Of a stretch of 64,000 nt of DNA, positions 28,575-37,927 are shown one piece after another. Source of the stretch: Patescibacteria group bacterium (lineage in GTDB: Bacteria; Patescibacteriota; Patescibacteriia; Patescibacteriales; UBA12465); assembly GCA_041649315.1 (NCBI GenBank), contig JBAZNJ010000001.1, positions 284,549-348,548 of the forward strand, given 5' to 3'. Position numbers and translations under genes: made by a program. The notes beneath the pieces are model-generated. The model was not told the DNA's origin, ran no database searches, and was given only the letters and a program-made list of their open reading frames with translations. Numbering within the stretch: position 1 is the first letter of the stretch; each line of letters starts with the position of its first letter.

Positions 28575-29495
28575 ATGTATATAATATGGAACTTAACGAG
28601 GCTTTGTCCTTGGAATTGCGAATTTTGCTGCGTATCAGCTATTTGCTCTAAAAGTAAAAATGGGGCGGAAAAAATCCACCAAAAAGAAATTAAAGACAAA
28701 CGACAATTAACTTTTAAAGAAAAAGATGAAATCCTAAAAATTATTAGCGCAAAAAACTTAGAGATTGATTTTTCTGGCGGAGATCCATTATATCTTGAAG
28801 ATGATATTAAAATACTTGAAAAAGCTATCTTAATTATGCCAAAAGAAAAAATTGATATCAGTATGACCGGAGTTTTTATTGATGCTAGAAAAATTAATAT
28901 TCTAAAACAAGTTAATAAAGTGGAATTTACTTTAGATAATTTAGAAAAAGCTCATAATCCATTACGTCCAAATGGTTTTAATATTTCTACTATGAAAGTA
29001 ATTCCTAAACTGATCTCTCGCGGAATAAATGCTTCTGCTGTTACGATTCTTCATAAACACACCGCCTCTAAAGATAACTTGCGAACTATTTATAAATGGC
29101 TTTGTAAAAACAGAGTGAAATCTTGGAGCGTCTTAAAATTTTATCCTGTCGGCCGAGGAGAATCGATGAAAAATATGTTATTAACGAAAGATGACTATTT
29201 GGAAATAATGGATTTTTTGAATTCCCTTAAAGGTTATACTGAAATTATATTCCAACATTCTCTGCGGATATTGAACGGTAGTTATACCTGCCATGCCGCC
29301 GTGGAAACAGTCGGAATACTCCCCGACGGAACTGTCCTAGCTTGCGCCTGGGCGTTAAAAAACGGCTGTCTGCCAATTAACGGATTTAAAATCGGAAAAT
29401 TGCCTGAAGACAATTTTGACGCTATACTTAAAAAAGCTCAGGAAGAAATGGGATATCAGTGTAGATGTAATTTTTGCAGAATAACCAAACAATAA
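28575..29495 (+). CDS. Radical SAM protein with Cys-rich (SPASM/twitch-like) C-terminus
   Basis: CPWNCEFC, SGGDP, C-terminal CHA..GTVLAC..CNFC. Confidence 0.85.
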   Translation: MYIIWNLTRLCPWNCEFCCVSAICSKSKNGAEKIHQKEIKDKRQLTFKEKDEILKIISAKNLEIDFSGGDPLYLEDDIKILEKAILIMPKEKIDISMTGVFIDARKINILKQVNKVEFTLDNLEKAHNPLRPNGFNISTMKVIPKLISRGINASAVTILHKHTASKDNLRTIYKWLCKNRVKSWSVLKFYPVGRGESMKNMLLTKDDYLEIMDFLNSLKGYTEIIFQHSLRILNGSYTCHAAVETVGILPDGTVLACAWALKNGCLPINGFKIGKLPEDNFDAILKKAQEEMGYQCRCNFCRITKQ

Positions 29496-29503
29496 TTAAA
29501 ATC

Positions 29504-30307
29504 ATGAAAATTAGAGAAATAAAATCAAAAACAATCCTGACTGATAGCCGTCTGCCGGAAGTAAATTATTGTATCAACCCTTACGTCGGTTGCGCACATG
29601 CCTGTACTTATTGTTATGCTAGATTCATGCGGAGATTTACAGGGCATAATAATGAAAAATGGGGAGAATTTATTGATGTAAAAACTAATGCGGCGGAGAT
29701 AATTGAAAAACAATTATTTACAAAGAGCAAAAAGGGCGCCATTTTGCTTGGCAGCGTAACTGATGCTTATCAGCCAATCGAAAAAAAATATCAATTAACT
29801 CGTTCTATCTTGGAAAAAATAATTAAAAATTCTTTTCCTATATCAATCTTAACAAAATCATCTTTAGTAACGAGGGATATTGATTTATTACAAAAAATAA
29901 ATACCTGTGAGGTCGGCATTACTATTACCATGCTAAACTCAAAATATTCTAGCATCATAGAACCGCGTGCTTCATCCCCGCAAGACAGAATAAAGGCGAT
30001 AGACGAACTCAAAAAGGCCGGAATTAAAACTTATGTTTTTATAGGTCCTATATTACCAGGGATAACCGATTTAGACGAAATTTTCAGACAAATACAAAAT
30101 AAAGTGGATTTCGTTATGGCCGAAAGTTTAAACCAAAAATTCGGAGATTGGGATGGTTTAATAAAAGCCATAACTAATTGTTCTTCTGTTTTACTAGAAT
30201 TATATCAAGCTGGTTTCGATAAAAAATATTGGGATGAGACAGAAAAAAAAATTGTTTTATTAAGTAAAAAATATAATATAAAACTAAAAGGCTTTTACCG
30301 GCATTAA
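29504..30307 (+). CDS. Radical SAM protein, spore-photoproduct-lyase/Rv2578c-like
   Basis: NPYVGCAHACTYCYA, SVTDAYQP and ILTKS motifs. Confidence 0.88.
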   Translation: MKIREIKSKTILTDSRLPEVNYCINPYVGCAHACTYCYARFMRRFTGHNNEKWGEFIDVKTNAAEIIEKQLFTKSKKGAILLGSVTDAYQPIEKKYQLTRSILEKIIKNSFPISILTKSSLVTRDIDLLQKINTCEVGITITMLNSKYSSIIEPRASSPQDRIKAIDELKKAGIKTYVFIGPILPGITDLDEIFRQIQNKVDFVMAESLNQKFGDWDGLIKAITNCSSVLLELYQAGFDKKYWDETEKKIVLLSKKYNIKLKGFYRH

Positions 30308-30356
30308 ACAAATTATCATAAATCCGTTGAGGAACATTCAACGGATTTTTTATTAG

Positions 30357-30415
30357 GTTTTATGTTATAATGTAATTAATATGATAGTTTATTGTTTAGC
30401 TCTCTATCTTCTATA
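30357..30415 (+). repeat. 59-bp promoter-containing repeat, copy B
   Basis: Matches 27952-28010. Confidence 0.75.
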
Positions 30416-30430
30416 ATAAATCACTAATTT

Positions 30431-30760
30431 ATGTCGATTATTTCTCTGGATGTACAAGAACCTTATTTGTCTTTTATTCTAAACGGCCAAAAAACCGTTG
30501 AGGGACGCTTGAATAAGGGAAAATTCAAAGAGCTAAAAGTCGGCGATAAATTATCGATCGGTCCGGATGAAAAATTGTTTATTGTTGACCAGATAAATAA
30601 TTATGATGGCTTTAGAAATATGATAATTGGCGAGGGGTTGAAAAATGTTATCCCTGATAAGAATACCTTAGAAGAAGCTGAGGCCGTCTATTATAAATTC
30701 TATACTAAAGAACAGGAAAAAGAATTTGGCGTTATTGCGATAAGAATAAAAATGTTATAA
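30431..30760 (+). CDS. ASCH-domain protein
   Basis: PYLSFILNGQKTVEGR (GxKxxExR) motif. Confidence 0.9.
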   Translation: MSIISLDVQEPYLSFILNGQKTVEGRLNKGKFKELKVGDKLSIGPDEKLFIVDQINNYDGFRNMIIGEGLKNVIPDKNTLEEAEAVYYKFYTKEQEKEFGVIAIRIKML

Positions 30761-30960
30761 ATTCTTAATTTTTGTTGATATTTTTTTCTATTTTAATTCT
30801 AACAACATCTATAGTCCTTCTCTTGAAAAATAACCTCTGCGGAGGTTGTTTTGTGTTTAGGCCGAAGAAAAATTTAAAACTCGTAGACAACATCAATCTG
30901 CCAAAAATTTTTAAACTTGATTATTTTGTTTGTTTTTAAGGCAAATGATATAATAACCTT

Positions 30961-32367
30961 ATGACTATCGCAATCTCTATCTTTTGCCTGCTTTTCCTTG
31001 CCCTGGCCCTATACCGGCTCCCTTGGGCGCTTTTAGTAATCATTGCCGCCTTACCGTCTTATCTAATCCGTTTCACGATTGCCGACCTGCCCCTGACTTT
31101 TTTAGAACTCATGATTTTAATCGCCTTTGCGGTTTGGTTTTTAAAAAACTTTTTGCCCGGGCTAAAAGATCTTTTAAAAAGCCGACGGGGAAAAAAAAGC
31201 GGCCGCAGTACTTGGCAAGCCTATCCTTTTTCTCTAGAAATGACCTTAGTCCTGATTGCGGCACTCATTGCCGTCGGTATTAGCGGCTGGAGCGCCGGCG
31301 CTTTCGGGATATGGAAGGCCTATTTTTTTGAACCCCTGCTTCTTTTTATTTTGCTTTTCAATGTTTTTAAAAGCCGAGCGGATTGGCAAAAAATTCTTTG
31401 GGCATTACTGGTCTCCGCGGCCGGCGTGAGCTTATTCGCGCTCCTGCAAAAATTGACCGGCTCTTTCCTGCCGGCGCCCTGGGCGACTAATGAGCCTTTA
31501 CGCGTCACTTCCTTCTTCCCTTACCCGAACGCAGTCGGATTATATCTGGCGCCGCTCGCCGCGCTTTTTGGCGGCTGGCTTTTTTATGAGCAAGGCGAGA
31601 ATTCCCGCGGAAAAAAAATCGTTATTTTATTAACCATTATCACTTCCGGACTGGCGATTTATTTTGCTCGTTCCGAAGGCGCTTTAATCGGACTACTGGC
31701 CGCTATCGTTGTTTTTGGCTTATTAGCGACTAGAATAAGCCGAATCATTACTTTAGCTTTTATCATTCTCGGGGCGGCGTTGATATTTATAAATCCGACG
31801 CTAAAAACTTTCGTTCTAGAAAAAATAACTTTAAGCGATTTGTCCGGAGAAATCCGCCAACAGCAATGGCGGGAAACGAAAGCAATGCTTTCCGGGCCGC
31901 GCTTTTTAACCGGTGCCGGCCTAGATAATTACCAGCCCGCGATTGCCCCATATCATCAAGAGGGGATTTTCTTTAATCGCGATAAGATTGATAATTTTCA
32001 TTCTCTGGCCTATGGCAGCGCGGAACTGCGGGAAAAATACTGGCAGCCGGTCGAGGTCTATCTTTATCCGCATAATATTTTCTTAAATTTTTGGAGCGAA
32101 CTCGGTTTATGGGGCGCGCTTTTATTCGTTTGGATAATTCTGCGCTTCCTATACACGGCCTTTATCGTTAATCTCAGCTGCGGCCGGGAAAAGAAACCGG
32201 AAAAATATTTGGCGCTCGGCTTATTCGCGGCCATGACCGCGATTGTTGTCCACGGCTTAGTTGACGTCCCTTATTTTAAAAACGACTTAGCAATAATGTT
32301 TTGGATCTTAATCGCTTTGCTCGGCGCGCTTAATCTCCGTTGCCGACGCGAGATGGAACTTAAATAA
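30961..32367 (+). CDS. O-antigen ligase (Wzy_C)-family membrane protein
   Basis: Multi-TM; YPNAVG, RQQQW and YPHNIFLNFWSELG motifs. Confidence 0.85.
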   Translation: MTIAISIFCLLFLALALYRLPWALLVIIAALPSYLIRFTIADLPLTFLELMILIAFAVWFLKNFLPGLKDLLKSRRGKKSGRSTWQAYPFSLEMTLVLIAALIAVGISGWSAGAFGIWKAYFFEPLLLFILLFNVFKSRADWQKILWALLVSAAGVSLFALLQKLTGSFLPAPWATNEPLRVTSFFPYPNAVGLYLAPLAALFGGWLFYEQGENSRGKKIVILLTIITSGLAIYFARSEGALIGLLAAIVVFGLLATRISRIITLAFIILGAALIFINPTLKTFVLEKITLSDLSGEIRQQQWRETKAMLSGPRFLTGAGLDNYQPAIAPYHQEGIFFNRDKIDNFHSLAYGSAELREKYWQPVEVYLYPHNIFLNFWSELGLWGALLFVWIILRFLYTAFIVNLSCGREKKPEKYLALGLFAAMTAIVVHGLVDVPYFKNDLAIMFWILIALLGALNLRCRREMELK

Positions 32368-32433
32368 ATAAAAACTTAAATAGAGCCACTAAGATAAATA
32401 AAGCTTGAATAAACATAATCAAAATAAATAGAC

Positions 32434-33201
32434 ATGAATAATATGGCTGAAGTCCTGCAAAAAATAATTGCGACAAGCGGCTTAGCTTCCCGCCGGGCGG
32501 CTCAAGAAATGATTAGGAAAGGTTTAGTTAAAATAAACGGCGAAGTCGCCCAGCTCGGCGATTGCGCTGACGCGCAACATGATCAGATAAGCGTTAACGG
32601 TCGGCCCTTATCAAAAGCGGCGGGAAAAATCTATTTAAAACTCAACAAGCCGATTGGCTATACCTGTACTAACCGGAGGTTCGCGAAAGAAAAAAATATT
32701 TTCGACCTGATTGATATTCCGGAAAAATTATTCGCGGTCGGCCGGCTTGATAAAGACAGCCGCGGCCTGGTCTTGCTCACTAATGATGGCGACTTGGCCC
32801 AACGCCTAACGCATCCGCGCTTCGGGCATGAAAAAGTTTATAAAGTTAAAATTAAAGGGGATATAAAAGACGGCGACGCTTTAGCCCAGCGCTTAACGAC
32901 CGGCGTTGATATTAAAGGCGAAGACGGCTTTGTCCGCGCTAAACGGGCGGAATATTTACAAAATGGGATTTTTGTAATAACCTTAAGCGAGGGACGAAAA
33001 CGCCAGATTCGGCGGATGTTCGCCGCTTTAGATTTAACGGTGAACGATTTAATCCGGACGGCAATCGGACCTTTAAAGCTCGGCCCGATGAAAGAGGGGG
33101 GATGGGAACGATTGGGCGAACCGGAAATTATGGAATTGAAAAAATTAGAAAATACGAAGCCACGGCCTAAGCGTAATAATAATTTAAGATTAAAAAAATA
33201 A
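32434..33201 (+). CDS. rRNA pseudouridine synthase, RsuA/RluB family
   Basis: S4 domain, GRLDKDSRG and EGRKRQIRRM motifs. Confidence 0.92.
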   Translation: MNNMAEVLQKIIATSGLASRRAAQEMIRKGLVKINGEVAQLGDCADAQHDQISVNGRPLSKAAGKIYLKLNKPIGYTCTNRRFAKEKNIFDLIDIPEKLFAVGRLDKDSRGLVLLTNDGDLAQRLTHPRFGHEKVYKVKIKGDIKDGDALAQRLTTGVDIKGEDGFVRAKRAEYLQNGIFVITLSEGRKRQIRRMFAALDLTVNDLIRTAIGPLKLGPMKEGGWERLGEPEIMELKKLENTKPRPKRNNNLRLKK

Positions 33202-33207
33202 AAAAAT

Positions 33208-33525
33208 ATGAAGAACTCAAAACTAATCCTAACAGCGGTTTTAAACGCCTTAGGCGTCGCCATTTATGTTTTCTTGATATCATTAATCATGACCAACGGT
33301 GACAAGATTTTCGGTTCAGTAGATAATGAGGCCATCGCGCCCCTTGCCTTCTTATTATTATTCGTTTTCTCCGCGTTGGTCACCGGCGGATTGATTTTAG
33401 GGCGGCCAATCATGCTCTATGCTGACGGCCAGAAAAAAGAAGGGGTTAAACTACTATTCTATACCGGCGCCAGTTTATTTATTTTATTAATTTTAGCGTT
33501 CTTAGGATTAGCAATGACGAAATAA
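33208..33525 (+). CDS. Hypothetical membrane protein
   Basis: Three TM segments. Confidence 0.75.
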   Translation: MKNSKLILTAVLNALGVAIYVFLISLIMTNGDKIFGSVDNEAIAPLAFLLLFVFSALVTGGLILGRPIMLYADGQKKEGVKLLFYTGASLFILLILAFLGLAMTK

Positions 33526-33560
33526 AAAAATAAATATAATCCGGATAAAACCGGGTGATA

Positions 33561-33647
33561 GGAGACGTGTCAGAGTGGTTGAATGAGCCGCACTCGAAAT
33601 GCGGTATGCCGGAAACGGCATCGGGGGTTCGAATCCTCCCGTCTCCG
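33561..33647 (+). tRNA. tRNA-Ser(CGA)
   Basis: Acceptor GGAGACG/CGTCTCC, anticodon arm CCGCA-CTCGAAA-TGCGG, long variable arm. Confidence 0.95.
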
Positions 33648-33697
33648 CAGATTGTCAATAGCCCTACAGCTACATTTTGCAATTTTATTCGTAGTTA

Positions 33698-33725
33698 TTG
33701 ACATAAAATACCAATATGCTATTAT
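33698..33725 (+). promoter_or_regulatory. Promoter of NYN gene 2
   Basis: TTGACA-N16-TATTAT with TGn. Confidence 0.6.
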
Positions 33726-33731
33726 TTAAAT

Positions 33732-33820
33732 ATATTCAGAATATGGTGATTAATGAAGAAACTCCTTTGTTTTACTAAAACCACCCACCCTGCCTCCGAA
33801 AGGGGGCACGGTGGGTTTTC
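33732..33820 (+). ncRNA. Structured leader upstream of NYN gene 2
   Basis: CCCACC-C-TGCCTCC-GAAA-GGGGGCA-C-GGTGGG-TTTT hairpin. Confidence 0.5.
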
Positions 33821-33826
33821 CATTAT

Positions 33827-34378
33827 ATGGGCAATGATAAAGAAATAAGAGTTGCTATCTATATCGACGGAAGCAACTTGTATCACAAATTAAAAGATTT
33901 AAAAATTGAAAGAACTACCGAGTTTGACTATTTTGGTTTGTGCAATCTTCTAGCTAGAAAAAGGGTTATTGTTTCTTATCGTTATTACGTGGGTGCGGTC
34001 AGAGCTAAAGTTGGGGATTCTTTGAGCCAGTCTAAAAGATATGGGCAACAAAGGCTATTTAATCATTTAGAAAATCAGGGTTTTCGTGTTAAGCAAGGTT
34101 ATCTAATGGAAAACGGCGAGATATTTCACGAAAAGGGTGTTGATGTTAAAATTGCCGTTGATTTGTTGGTTGGCGCTTATGATGATTTGTATGATGTGGC
34201 TATTTTAATTTCTTCAGATACGGATTTAATTCCGGCTATTAAAAAAGTAAGGCATTTAGGCAAAGAATTAGAATACGTGGGATTTTCCCATCTTCCTAGT
34301 TTTGCTCTGCAGAAAAATGCGACATTATCTAGATTATTGTTAAAGGACGATTTGGAAGAATTTATTAAAAAAGACTAA
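33827..34378 (+). CDS. NYN-domain (LabA/DUF88) nuclease
   Basis: IDGSNL, EKGVDVKIAVD and SSDTDL motifs. Confidence 0.92.
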   Translation: MGNDKEIRVAIYIDGSNLYHKLKDLKIERTTEFDYFGLCNLLARKRVIVSYRYYVGAVRAKVGDSLSQSKRYGQQRLFNHLENQGFRVKQGYLMENGEIFHEKGVDVKIAVDLLVGAYDDLYDVAILISSDTDLIPAIKKVRHLGKELEYVGFSHLPSFALQKNATLSRLLLKDDLEEFIKKD

Positions 34379-34474
34379 CAACCTTATTCCTAATCTCTTT
34401 TATAGTACCAAACTCTCCACAGTAATTTTTTATATTATATTAACCCATATATTCAAAGCAAAAATTTATTCCCT

Positions 34475-35032
34475 ATGTTCCCGAAAAACTTAGAAAAAAT
34501 AAAAGTGCCGGAAAATCAAGAAAAAATTGCTCTAATTGAAACCTTGAAAACCGGCGCCGAACAAAAAGCTAATTTGATTTTAGTATTGTTAGGAGAAAAA
34601 CCGGGCTTAGCCTTGACGCTTTTCGCAGACACACCGGAAGAGATTTCCGCGGACGAGGAAAAAATAAAAAATCTAGGCCTAAAATATCAAAAAGTTTCTC
34701 AAGAAAAAAAAGGCAAGCGATATTCTAGTAAATTTTTAATTTCTAAAAATCAAGAAACCTTAGACGCCCTAACAGAAGTTGACCCGGCCAAAAACCATGA
34801 AAAATATGGGGCTTTAATGGGCTACCCGGATTCGGCTATCAAAGCCTTTTTAACGGGAGATTCTTTAAGTTCCGAGGAAGAAAGAAAAATGCTTAGCCAA
34901 TATCCGGAAATAGTTTTCCGTAATTTCCGCTTATCAAAAGATAGCGCCGCGGAAGAAATCGAACTACTTAAACATCAGAATAATTTGATAAAAAACACTG
35001 CCCCGAACATTTATAATGAATTAAAAGGTTAA
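34475..35032 (+). CDS. Hypothetical protein
   Basis: 185-aa ORF with a YGALMGYP motif. Confidence 0.7.
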   Translation: MFPKNLEKIKVPENQEKIALIETLKTGAEQKANLILVLLGEKPGLALTLFADTPEEISADEEKIKNLGLKYQKVSQEKKGKRYSSKFLISKNQETLDALTEVDPAKNHEKYGALMGYPDSAIKAFLTGDSLSSEEERKMLSQYPEIVFRNFRLSKDSAAEEIELLKHQNNLIKNTAPNIYNELKG

Positions 35033-35125
35033 AAATATTTTTTAATTTTGCAATAATATATTTTAGCGAATATTAAAAAAAATGTTTAACACTAGAGTCT
35101 CACCTCGGGATTTAAAATTTTTATT

Positions 35126-36154
35126 ATGCCTGAAAAAATAATACTATCTAAAATATTTTCCAGAGAAAGGCCGTTTTTCTATGCCTTCATGTGGAATGAT
35201 AGCGATAGGTTGGGTTATAGTTTATTTTTAAAATACCAGGTAAAAAATAATCTATTTCTGTATGATAAGGAAAATCGTAAAATAACGGTTTGGTATAATC
35301 TAAACGAACTTTCTAAAATTCAAAGAAAATTGGAAAAACAGCTGTCGGATCATAATATTCCTTTTAAGAAACGGCTATTTAAAATTTTGGAATCAAATTG
35401 GCCGACAGTTTTAAAATATTTAGAAAATGGGATTGATTCTCCGAGTCAATTTAATAACTATTATAAACACTTAGTCAAATGGTGGTCGGCGATGAACTTA
35501 GTATTTTTAGCGCCGAATATAAAAAAAATCGATAACAAAACAAAAAAAGAATTTTTATCCTATCGCGTCCTAGCCGAACGCTATACTTCAAAAATGAACC
35601 AAGTTGTTATGGATTTTTGCTCTAAAATACATAAAACGGAAGGCCTCGCCGCTATTCTAACGCCTAAAGAGATAATAAAAATCGCTCAAAAAAACTTCTC
35701 TTCTGAAGATATAAACCAAATTAAAAAACGCCTAGATGGTTTCGGCGCTTTAAATGGCAAAATATATTTACAAAAAAATTTAGATAAAAAATTGTTAAAA
35801 AATAAAATCACTTTAGAAGACCCTGGCGCAAAGGGCGCTTCTATTAAGGGTAATGTCGCTTATCCTGGAAAAGTTAAAGGCAGAGTAAGAGTAGTGCTAT
35901 CTAGTAAAGATTTTTCATTATTTAAAAATAACGAAATTTTAGTTACGGAAATGACTGATCCTAATTTTATCTCTATATTTAAAAAATCATTAGCCGTAAT
36001 TACAGACGAAGGCGGCATAACTTCTCACGCCTCCATTACTTCTAGAGAACTAAAAATACCTTGTATCGTCGGGACTAAAATTGCCACTAAATCCTTGAAA
36101 AACGGCGACTTGATAGAAGTTGACGCTCGCAAAGGAATCGTTAGAAAATTATAA
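35126..36154 (+). CDS. PEP-utilising mobile (phospho-His) domain protein
   Basis: ILVTEMTDP..TDEGGITSHASITSRELKIPCIVG at the C-terminus. Confidence 0.85.
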   Translation: MPEKIILSKIFSRERPFFYAFMWNDSDRLGYSLFLKYQVKNNLFLYDKENRKITVWYNLNELSKIQRKLEKQLSDHNIPFKKRLFKILESNWPTVLKYLENGIDSPSQFNNYYKHLVKWWSAMNLVFLAPNIKKIDNKTKKEFLSYRVLAERYTSKMNQVVMDFCSKIHKTEGLAAILTPKEIIKIAQKNFSSEDINQIKKRLDGFGALNGKIYLQKNLDKKLLKNKITLEDPGAKGASIKGNVAYPGKVKGRVRVVLSSKDFSLFKNNEILVTEMTDPNFISIFKKSLAVITDEGGITSHASITSRELKIPCIVGTKIATKSLKNGDLIEVDARKGIVRKL

Positions 36155-36211
36155 AAAAATTACAGGTAATATAAAACTTGCCTGGCGCGATCCGCCCTTC
36201 CAACAAGCCGC

Positions 36212-36250
36212 AACAAACTAAAAACACCCGACCGGGTGTTTTTAGTTTGT
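36212..36250. terminator. Bidirectional terminator
   Basis: ACAAACTAAAAACACCCG-N3-GGGTGTTTTTAGTTTGT-type inverted repeat between convergent genes. Confidence 0.75.
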
Positions 36251-36266
36251 ATAATCTATAAAATCT

Positions 36267-37013
36267 CTACTTAAAAATTTTAATAGAGTTAGACCAATCT
36301 GAAGAAGTATTGCCTTCTTCATCTATTGTCCCGTCCGAAGCCACGGCCGCTTGTCCAAGCTCAACAAAAAAGAATTTTTCCGGGATATTATTATCCATTA
36401 AAAAATACCGGGCCCCATTGGTCTCTCCGTAATCTAAAGGGCATTTATTAAAAACTTCTAGCCCATTTCCCCGATCTCCTGCCGGCGATAAGCCCGCTTT
36501 TACATAACTACTGGGAGTATTTTTACTTTCATACTGTTTAGCAAAACATTCTTCATCTTTATAACCTATAAGAAATTTTTCGGTTAAAGCTTCTACTAAA
36601 CTTAATTCTGGGTCCTTTTCAAAAAAATATAAATTTTGTCCGTCAATATTAATATTGTTTCCGCTCTCAGTTATTTTTATATTTTGATTGTCAAATAACT
36701 CACGGTAAGTGAAAGCCAGGCCCATACTACTAGAATAATAAATTTTAGTACCAGGCGCTTTTTTATCTAAATTCATTTCCTCTATTAAATCATTATAAGA
36801 CAAGAACTTTTTTGCCGATGAAGAGATGGCGCCATCATTATTTTGTTCTTCATTTTTTTGTCCGAGCTCAAGGTCGGTAATCCTATTTTCTAATAATTTT
36901 ATAGAATTTTTAATATTTTCATTTACTGTCTTTAATTCGTTAGCATTTATGATAGAACATCCCGACAATAAAAAAATAAAGCAAATAGCCAAGGAAATCA
37001 TTAATTTTTTCAT
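36267..37013 (-). CDS. Hypothetical lipoprotein
   Basis: Signal peptide with LSGC lipobox. Confidence 0.75.
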   Translation of the reverse strand: MKKLMISLAICFIFLLSGCSIINANELKTVNENIKNSIKLLENRITDLELGQKNEEQNNDGAISSSAKKFLSYNDLIEEMNLDKKAPGTKIYYSSSMGLAFTYRELFDNQNIKITESGNNINIDGQNLYFFEKDPELSLVEALTEKFLIGYKDEECFAKQYESKNTPSSYVKAGLSPAGDRGNGLEVFNKCPLDYGETNGARYFLMDNNIPEKFFFVELGQAAVASDGTIDEEGNTSSDWSNSIKIFK

Positions 37014-37143
37014 ACTTTTTAAATTATAAATAAAAATTTTAAAATTCTACTTCTTAATACTCCCGGATCTCTGTTATTATTTTTCTGCAACTATCCCAAG
37101 ATTGTTCATTCTTAAAATTTAATATTCCCTCTCCATTTCGTCT

Positions 37144-37857
37144 TTATTCCTGCCCGCTCTTCTTCTCCTCCTCCTCAACCTCTTTAATTATCTTCTTGGC
37201 CGAGCCGCGAAAACCCATGAGTAAAAAGATAATCAAGCTCCCGATAATTATTCCTAAAACATTAAGGAGATAAACATTAAGCGCGTCTTTAAATATCCAA
37301 AAATTCTCCACCGCTAAAGCCAGGCCGGCAACCGCTAAGGGCGGCAAGAGGGCAACGGTCACGGCAACGCCCGGCAAAGAGCTGTTCAATTCTTTTTTCG
37401 CCCAGGCAAAACTGGCGGCCGCACCGGCGGCAACTGGAATTAAAAAAACCGTTAAATCGCTAACTCTTAAAAGTTCCAATAAGCTAATATTCATAATTGA
37501 AAAATCAGCGATTAGACCGAGACCATAAGCGATTAACAAGGTCACCGCGGCGGAAACAATGAATATCTTAAGCGAACGCCAGAGAACTTTGAAATTAAAA
37601 ATCGTAACCGCTAAAGAAATTGATAATATCGGCGATAACAAAGGTGCGACCAACATGCCGCCAATGACTAAAATCAAGCTATTTTTAAGCAGGCCGACAG
37701 TCACGATAAAAGTAGACAAAACAAGCAATAAATAAAAGCCGGCTTTTGGCGCCGAAGAATTTATAATATTCTCGCAAAGCTCGTCGCGCTCGGTTTTTGT
37801 CGCCGATAAAGAATTACTCGACTCTCCGCTAATATTCATTTTAAAAATTTTCCACAT
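37144..37857 (-). CDS. DUF389-family membrane protein
   Basis: IGGMLVAPLLSPI and LPGVAVTVALLPPL motifs. Confidence 0.85.
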   Translation of the reverse strand: MWKIFKMNISGESSNSLSATKTERDELCENIINSSAPKAGFYLLLVLSTFIVTVGLLKNSLILVIGGMLVAPLLSPILSISLAVTIFNFKVLWRSLKIFIVSAAVTLLIAYGLGLIADFSIMNISLLELLRVSDLTVFLIPVAAGAAASFAWAKKELNSSLPGVAVTVALLPPLAVAGLALAVENFWIFKDALNVYLLNVLGIIIGSLIIFLLMGFRGSAKKIIKEVEEEEKKSGQE

Positions 37858-37927
37858 AAGATTAATTGTATTATAATTATAATGATATCATTTTTATTAA
37901 AAATAACAAAAAGTTTTATAAATTATT

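Noticed and set aside
30797-30863. Integron attC site (TTCTAAC...GTTTAGGC)
   Set aside because: R' box is imperfect, no L boxes, no intI and no sister sites
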